Assembly: GCA_040954595.2 (NCBI GenBank)
Contig: CM082577.2
Location: 3,844,305 to 3,908,304 of the forward strand
Direction: 5' to 3'
From: Balanoglossus misakiensis
Lineage: Eukaryota > Animalia > Hemichordata
DNA length: 64,000 nt
The translations under genes and the position numbers were made by a program. Shown here piece after piece: positions 55,495 through 64,000 of this stretch. Positions within the stretch are counted from its first letter, which is position 1. Every line of letters starts with the position of its first letter. The notes beneath the pieces were generated by a model that saw only the letters and a list, made by a program, of their open reading frames with translations, was not told the DNA's origin and made no database searches.

Positions 55495-55600
55495 ATACAC
55501 ATACATCCTCACACACACAGACATACATACTTACATACATACATATAGACATACATACATAAACACACACATGCACACACACACACAGAGACAAACATGT
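55495..55600. repeat. (CA)/(CATA) compound microsatellite
   Basis: Visible run between the two genes. Confidence 0.85.
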
Positions 55601-56699
55601 ACATGTAATTATACATTAATGTTATTATCATCGTCATCATCATCACAAAGTAATAATTTAAAGACATGACTTTCTTTATTTTGTGTGCAATTTGCCTTTG
55701 AGTTATTAATACAATGTTGACATATGGATATTTACTTGGTAAACCTTTTTTTCAATAAAACTTGTCCATAAAATACTTCCCTGAAGTTCAGTGTCCCTTG
55801 ATTTCTTGGAAATGCAGTGTTAGTTTGTTTATCTATCTATTAGTATCTACCTATTATCAACCTATCTATCTACCGGTATACACCTATCTATCTATCTGTC
55901 TATCCAGGTTCCAATTTCGATCCCGTAAATGCACGTTCATTTACATTTCAGTGGCGTTGATGTTAACCTAGCTACACCATAAAACTAGGTCATTGTGTGT
56001 TGAAATGATCAAGATAAATTACAGATTTTATATACTTCATGGCAGTTAAAGGAGTTTTAGCAGAAAATGAAGTTATCGCGAACACTAGCATGAAATTAAC
56101 TTTTCATATCCTGGTCAGGGTGGAAAAAAAAACGCCGGCAGGACAAACTCGACGATAATAACATAGCAGTCCTCCAGGGAGATTTTATGAGAGAAACGGT
56201 GAAGAGCTCGTTTGATGTTTTAATTAGCTACTCATGCATGTATACATGTATTTCTGTGGTAGTGCCATGATAGGACAATTCTTATTGCAGATAAAATTTT
56301 ACAGCCCTCGACTATGTGCTATTTCCCAAGAAGGATGATATGTATATTACAAATGATAGAAGTTATTCAATCTGCATGTAAAAATTCCGGTATTTCAAGG
56401 TGTATTGTCCTATTCATGGGTGGTGAATTTTCTGTGCAAATGTTGCTTAGTCGACCGTAAATCGAGCACTTTTTCATCAGCGCTGTTTGACATACTACCT
56501 ATGCAGAACGATTCCAAGTCAGCATGAATGGTTCATAGTTTAGTGAACTTTTCATTCACAATAATAAATTATTTAAAGCAATCACATCTACCCAACTCTT
56601 TCAATGTAGACGACTCTACATTAAAAAAATAGTTAATAATTAATAGCTAATTCATACAATTCCCGCAGCATTTCCTCCGTCTAATCGTAAACAAGTTGT

Positions 56700-56813
56700 T
56701 GTATGTATGTATGCATTTACGTATGTATGCATTTATGTATGCATTTACGTATGTATGTATTTATGTATGTATGTATGTATGTATGCATTTACGTACGTAC
56801 GTATGTATGTATG
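56700..56813. repeat. (TATG)n-derived degenerate microsatellite
   Basis: Repeats of gtatgtatgcatttac/t. Confidence 0.85.
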
Positions 56814-59800
56814 ACTCAAATGTTGTGTATTGCTTGTAAAGAGGTCGTCCTGTCATATATTGAAGTTCAATATAACACATTAATATAATTCCACGCTTTT
56901 ATTCATGTCTGCTGATGATTGAACACCCACGGGTATTCTGTAGTTGACGGCCTTCATTATAACTGCAACCTGTTAATATTTCACTGCAGTCTATGTAACC
57001 CCTTGAGATATTCTCATTGTAATTTATGATCTTAGCGAAAGCTATTCTACGTCCTATATGACATGCAACCTGCAGTATAAATATGATGTGCATTGTCGTA
57101 ATTTCAAACTCTAAAGCATTCAAACAAATGAGAGCTGACATCTTGAAACAATATCTGACTATGTAACCTACATCAGAGAATTATGGCGTGGGTGCAGATA
57201 TCAACGGATAAATTACGATAGATTTGCAAAGTCTAGCAACAATTTCAATCAGCCGAGAACTAAATTTTCTATTAGATTTCTACTGGTAGAGACAGGGTGC
57301 ATTTGCATTGAATTCAGACACGCCCGTTATGCAATAAAATACATTTTATTCGGGAAATAAATTAACCATGTATAATTTGAATCATTCCGTTTATTTTTGA
57401 GTTACGTGTACAGGTAAGAAGTCTTATTGAGATATGGCGATTCACTTTTGTTTAATACTCTACCCTGTTTATGCACAAGCGGAATATACAAACACATAAC
57501 TTGGTAGACCTAACTGAAAAATTGTTTAAAGGAATCCCAGTAAGTTGGGTGGGTCCAACGTTTTGGAATATTTCAGAATGTATGACGATTAACCATCAGA
57601 CATCTCAAAATAGTTCCTCAAGAGGGGCTTATCTGTCCCTTTATGAAATGATCGTGTAGCCACATGTACAGCTCATGGAGTTCTACCTTTAGAAATCATT
57701 CCTGCACGAAGGTACATTTGTAATGTCTGCTTTCATGCTAAGGCAAAACGCATCATTTAATGTGAACGTACGATACGGAAAAACGCGAAATATCAAGAGT
57801 CTCGGTTGCAAGCTTACAGACAGGCAACAACACGTTCACAGAGGGCGCCATCCAGTTCTGAGTTATCGTCTGCCCTTCCACAGATGATCACAACCTGGCT
57901 GCAAATGCTAATTGACAGGATAGTCTCATGGATCATGTGGATTGTCATTTTTTCAGAAGAAACAGAGGGGATGTACTGTTCAGTTAAGGTGAGCATGATT
58001 TACCTTCTTCTGTCGTTTTGGTGTTTTCTTTTGTGTGTGTTACAGCCTGCTGTTTTGTTTTCAGTCAACATTCTTTTTTCAGACAGATCCTCACAAATAA
58101 TTAGAAAAAAATCATAATTGTACTATACACACGAATACGCTGGTATTCAAACCTTGTCTTTGACATTGAAATATCACTGGGGGATTCAATGGCTAATGGC
58201 GGGGGGTTCAGCAAAAAAAAAAGGTTGTCCGAGCGAAATGTACGCTATCTCTCAGTTTTGTATTTAGTTTCCTGCATGGTAGAAGGGATGATCAGGGGTC
58301 TCGTGACATCTCTGTTGATCGCAGATCACTAGTAAGTGTAAACGACCACACACCAGCCATACAGTCAAGCCCCAACCGAAAACTAAGATCGCAGCAGACG
58401 TTCGTCACTTCAAGTTACACAATTTCAACAGGTCGGGACACCTTACAGTTATATGGCCCTGTGACACGTTTATCCTGAATTCATTCTGTAAGCAACATTG
58501 GCGGCCGGGAAAGGGTTACGTATGTTCATTGTAAAATACTGCATACATGTATATGATATGAGTGAAAATAAAGGTTGACCTTTTGATCTCAATTAAAAGC
58601 CAAGTCGACTATTTGACGTACGATATTTATTAAAGTGTTGAATTTGCCGATCAAGGATAGGCCTTGTGGGAGAACCCGGCCAATAATTTATGAAGTGCGT
58701 CAGATTAAATTACGGCTTAAATTGATGTAGATGTGCACATATTCACTCCCAGTGTGTTCATATAGGGTCACTTTCATGGTCACTTAGATTTCATGTAAAA
58801 CCAATAAAATTTTATCCTCTTTTCAATGCTACATGAACTTCCGGCAGGGGTGGGGAGGGAGGCTGTAGAAGTATGTTTGACGAAGATCAAACTCTAAAAT
58901 CTTTTTCAGAATGCAAATTGATATGCCAATTACACGATGTACTGGCCAGCAATAGCCATCATCAACGCGCAGAAACAGACTTCCATCATGAATTATGGTT
59001 ACATTGGAAATTGGTGACAACAGGTGAGACACAATCAACGACAATATATATCAACTAGACGGTATTGATGAGAACTGTGACGCGGTAATCAAAGGGAATG
59101 TCCACCTAGAAGAAACGAATTATAGTGTTCAAAGAACTAATCTAGCGGCTGATTGGATTGTTAACTTCACTTGGGCGTTGTGAAGACGTGAATCTTTGAG
59201 AAGCAAATAACCTTTCTTTGCCTGCGCCACACAGGAAACCTGTCCAGTAATCCTTGAGGCAAATCAACGGATTACCAGGAATATTTGATATATTGACAGT
59301 TTGTTCTTGGTAATTGCTAAACCGCTTCATGATGTCCAGACGAGTCTATCCCAGTACTGGCGGGGTGGATATCATATGTACATGCGCAGTCACTCGTAAG
59401 TATATGATGAGTATATGTTATGGGTAACCGTCTAAGTCTGAAGTTATTGATAATAAAAATACCCTATACATTTTATCTGATTTTCGCGTAATTGCAAATT
59501 ATACAACCGAGTAAATATTTCTTATTTTTTTGCATGAGAACATTTTTTTTATATGTATAATTGTAAGAAGGAAAAACAAATTGCCTGTTTTGCAGTATGC
59601 CTTACCAGAAAGGAATTCGTTGATTACAGTGAATTGAAATTGTCATGATTGTAATTGTATTTTTTATTTCAGCTGACCTCTGCACTTAAGATCACAAACG
59701 GGAAGATGAAATATGACATGTTATAGATGCTTTCGCTAATTACATGGAAAAGTAGAGCTTGCGCAAACAGCAATAATCAGACCTTACTCCGACATCCCGA

Positions 59801-60038
59801 AAAAAGGATCTACGCAAATTTGAGTCTCGCTTTGTAGCGTGATATGTGCGTTTCGCATCAAGCCAAACAGCTTGGATTAAGTGTTGTTATTATGACGTAA
59901 CACACAAAATGGTATCTTAACCGTGGAATTTGTTGAGGCCCTACTCACACAGCGATGCCAATTTTCTCGCCGTGAACACCTGAATTACGACTTCTGAATG
60001 TTTGTAGGTCGGTGAACCTATAGAAACTGGGGACGACA

Positions 60039-60446
60039 ATGGTTGACTTCATGTCACGTTTACTGAACAGTCGCTTTTCATCAATACCCATTCTCCTCCT
60101 CTTCCTCGGCACGTTATGTTTTGCCATGACGACAAAAGACAACGTGAAAATCGGACTGGTGTATTCCCAGCACAGGGCTGAATCACCCGTCGAACTCACA
60201 TCTCGGATACAGAGGGGGACAACGGAGATCTTGATAGATGTCCAGCCGCTACACCTCACAACGACCAACCCGTTCGAGAGTATAGAATACATGCAGCGGA
60301 CGATATGCGCCAACGGTTTCGCCGGCCTCATCTACGCGGGAAACGGCGGGAGGCTGGAAAACATCCCCGAAGCCTCATTCGTCGCCTGGACCGCCGAAAA
60401 CCTCAAAATACCAACCGTGTCCGTCACATCACCCGTAACATTTCAG
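60039..60446 (+). CDS. Second NMDA-receptor (GluN2-like) paralog, coding exon 1 (signal peptide + start of ATD)
   Basis: ATG in acaATGg; signal peptide IPILLLFLGTLCFA; VKIGLVY, TNPFESIEYMQRTIC..GFAGLIY and ASFVAWTAENLKIPTVSV align with gene 1 exon 1 (VRLGAVL, RTIC, GFVSMIAQYTHLPVISL); phase-0 donor CAG|gtgagc at the homologous position. Confidence 0.85.
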
Positions 60447-63350
60447 GTGAGCCTCAAGCAATTTTATGCATGGTTGGATAAAAACTGCGCAACGGGACTG
60501 AGAAATTAAATTGCAGAGTCTGTCATGCAAATGATTAGTCTTCCTGTTATGATCATGAATTAAGCTAATCACTTAATTAAAAGTCTCCGTCCCCTTGCAC
60601 ACATGTGTGCATGCGTGCTTGTGCACAAACAGACAGACCTGTTTTATTTCACTGGAGGCCCACTGCAGATGAAATAGAGACAGACAGTCACGAATACTGG
60701 CGACAACATTTAAATTACGAGTTATGGCTGGCGGAAGATTAATTTACGTTAAATTATGATACTATAAATACTCATTACTCATATTTTTTTTCACGTGGGG
60801 TTTATCAAGTTTCAAATTCAGTAGTACATGTTTATCAATTGGCAATTCGTGTTTATGCTACATGTAGTAAAAAGAATTGGATTTCTCCAAAATAATTTTA
60901 TCACTCGATAATTCAATGAAAAGGCTGCTTCTACATTTTCTCTTGAGCTATTGCTGACATACCAGAGCCGATTGCAGGTATGGGACCGCCGGCCAATAGA
61001 CCATTTTCCGAACTCCGCGAGATCTCGTGTGGCTAGGCAGTTTCTATGGGAGGACATTCTCATGAGCGGAAAATCGCCTATTAATCATTACCTCAACTAG
61101 CAGGCTCACTTTAGTGCACTTGTGGTTAAGGGATCATATGGATATAAACAGAAGCAGAAACATGTATTACGTACACTCCTGTAATTTATTAGTCTTGTTT
61201 GAATTACATTTATAGAGCCACGGCGTAGAGGTCCTTGTGACATTGCCCACGAGGCCATAATTCTTGCAGGCAGTGGAGTGAATGGAGTGTAAACGTGTTT
61301 ATACACAGAGGCCTGGAATCGAAATCAATTTAGATATGTGCTAATGTCTATTTTACATATTAATCGGTTATTGAAAGTATTTACACACATTTCAGGGTAG
61401 GGCACGCCATATTCATGAATTTTCTTTGTTGACAATTAATTTTCCCAATTTATTATTAAGCTGGTAATTATATACATGTATTGCACATCTCTTGAAAATT
61501 GCAAGAATAGTGTATGTCCATATGCTGATATAAAGTCAGCTAGTTTACCACATGCACAGTGCTGTGCAAACCAAGTTCGCATTAAAGCCACAACAGTATA
61601 GTAGACAGATTTATAGACTTGCAAGATGGAAAAACTATGTTGATCACAGTAACATGGTCAACAGCAGAGGCAAATACAAACAACAAATCTGCACTGCACT
61701 GACAACCGAAGTACACAGAACCTTTAGTCAAATCCGCGAAAGAAAGATGATCGTGTATATATGGACCTCTGGCCAAAAGACCAAGAGGCTAGTTGAGGTG
61801 TTTTATGTGACTTCTAATCAAGATATTTGCGTGGCAACTGATTCAGTTTCTCATCGAATTGAAGAAACAATCGTGAAAAGCGCAATTGAGAAACAAGAGA
61901 TGACTGTAGAGCTAAGCTACGTGACATATTCGTGAGGCATCTAGCTTTACAGTATGCGTATGATGCATCTATAGGACCCATACCAATCATATTCAACGGG
62001 TGACTTTGCACTGGAGGGGAGATCACAAGCTAATCCGTGACTCGATCCTGGTGTCAATCCATCACTGATTCCGACAGCTGCATATCCTTTTGGCCTAATC
62101 GTTTAAAAATCCAGTTATTTATAGTTGAACACCCAAGAATTACTATCTTTGTTATCCAATCTTCGCACGCACTCGAGGTAACTGTGTTTACTTTCAAGAA
62201 GAGTTGCTGTAACTTGGATATGTTGTCATGATTTTCTGATTTACGTCGATGGTAATCCTTCAAATCTCACATCTCACATATTTTGTGTGTGTGACACTCC
62301 TGTTCATTTTGCAATTTTTTCGCTTAATACAAAAATGAATATATCGAGCACAGATACATAGGACTTATTACTTACACTAAATTAAAACAGTTGTCCTATG
62401 ATTTATGCCACTCTATGCAAAAAGCAAATGTCACTCAATCGTAGAAATTGATTACTCGGATACGATAATTCCTCGTAATTATAACTCACAAAGCCTTAAT
62501 TGAAATAATCACCAGTTTCAAAATCTCATCTTTCGCTCATAAATGCTTGAAACCCATTATTACTTTTATCGCACCTGTGTCGGTCGATCTAACGGACCAT
62601 CAAAAATCCATTATAGCGCAGCTGAGACGATGGAATGTCATAACGCAATGCTCACTGACAGTAATTGCACAATATCTAAATGAAAATCACACGTCAAAGA
62701 TATTTATTCTCCATCGACTTGAATGCCACACCAAATGAGTCTTAATTAATTCCCAGAAGACAAAAAGGTTGGGGAAAAATTTCGAACTTATCAATTTTAG
62801 TTGGTTTAATATAGACGTGAGAAATTGGCAATCAATGACGTGAATTTACAGTCAGTTCGATGCTACTGTATTATAAATCCTGATGGAAGTCCCAAATCGT
62901 TGCCCATAATTTGCTGAAGTAAGCTTCTAAGTCAGTTTTTCTTTCAATTTCATACAAAACTAAGGGGTCCATACATGTGCAATTGCCTGATATTTTCTTA
63001 CTTTGTCTGATATCCGTATACATTTCATTAAACTCGACAGAGCAGATTACCCAGCCAAGCCATGGGAACGATTTAGATTTAATTCAATTTCTGGCGAATT
63101 AAGCAACTATATTGTTACATTAAGGCAATATAAGGCCACCGGTATCTATCGGCCTATCTCCTCAGGATTCCAATTTACCTTAAACAAACATGGAGAGCCA
63201 AGTTCCTGATAATATAAGCTTATCACGAGGGAATTTGCACTTTACAGGTTAAATTCATTTTTAGATTCACATTTTAACATTTTATATGGGCGGGACACCT
63301 ACTATAAAACTCACTATACGTTTTTCTCTCTCTCTCTTTTCTTCCTTCAG

Positions 63351-64000
63351 AATCCAAAGTCAATAGCAGATATTTCACACTTACAAGCATCCTTAGAAGA
63401 TACATGCAAAGTAATGCTTAAATTTCTGGAACACTTCGGATGGCGATACGCCACGCTTATTATTGGCACTGATCCTATTTCTTTGGAGTTCGCAATTGCC
63501 ATGAAATATGTCATTCAAACTGAATTCAATTTAACAAAAGTTGTTGTGGACTCTGTAGACTTTCACACAGACATAGACAGCCATGTTGCCAGCCTGTACA
63601 ATGGAGACAGCGCTATTTTCCTGGTGTACACGAACTTCGTCAACGCCAAACTACTCTTCCAAGCGGCGGAGAAACACAAACTTCTCGGAGAAGGATTTGT
63701 GTGGATTACGGCAGGGGCAGTTATGGACGACACGGACGTTCTTTCTGAGCATTTCCCCGGGGGATTCTTGGGCGTAAAGCACAGGAACCCAGACTATGAC
63801 GTGATCAGAAAGATCAGGGATGCCGCCAGTGTGTACGAGGCGGCCATTTTGGATTATGCAAATAAGGGCAATGACGTTTCACAGCTGCAAGCGCCAGGGT
63901 GCGAACGGAATGACGTCTTTCAGGAAATTGTAAACGTTTCACTTGTCCCTTATCTGACCCGCCAAGTTTTAAACAGAAATGGTCGACTTTTTAGTCCTAA
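63351..64000 (+). CDS. Second GluN2-like paralog, exon 2 (ATD), open to the window end (partial); absent from the ORF track
   Basis: Strong polypyrimidine acceptor (ctctctttttcttccttcag-like tract ending 63350); stop-free frame NPKSIADISHLQASLEDTCKVMLKFLEHFGWRY...SAIFLVYTNFVNAKLLFQAAEKHKLLGEGFVWITAG...FPGGFLGVKH...YDVIRKIRDAASVY, collinear with gene 1 exon 2 (HLGASIVDQCKAMLSFLKYYGW, GYVWIAA, LPPGLLAVKY, KIVDVANIY). Confidence 0.9.

Noticed and set aside
54682-55759. AATAAA hexamers (~54682, 55477, 55754) as the poly(A) signal of gene 1
   Set aside because: Several candidates in AT-rich DNA; cannot choose without 3'-end data.

Overview
This is eukaryotic, intron-rich, moderately AT-rich animal DNA. 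The repeat types and gene structure suggest a marine invertebrate, possibly a non-vertebrate deuterostome such as a hemichordate (inference only). The window holds one complete NMDA-type ionotropic glutamate receptor subunit gene of the GluN2 (GRIN2) class on the + strand: 11 coding exons, 27001-53087, reconstructed by hand from GT-AG sites with matching phases, 3060 nt = 1019 aa, ending in the PDZ ligand ESSV. About 7 kb downstream, in the same orientation, a second and strongly diverged paralog begins (exons 60039-60446 and 63351->64000, truncated by the window end). The complete subunit is unusual. It has GluN2 intron positions, the GluN2 NN pore tip, an HLF motif and a PDZ tail, but several GluN1/glycine-type residues in the agonist pocket (KFG, TSVE, GF), and its gating motif reads MYTANLVAH instead of SYTANLAAF. 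The first ~27 kb and the large introns are non-coding. They carry microsatellites, short foldback (MITE-like) elements, a Helentron/DINE-1-like non-autonomous element and candidate 5'-UTR exons. Most ORFs in the supplied track are spurious.
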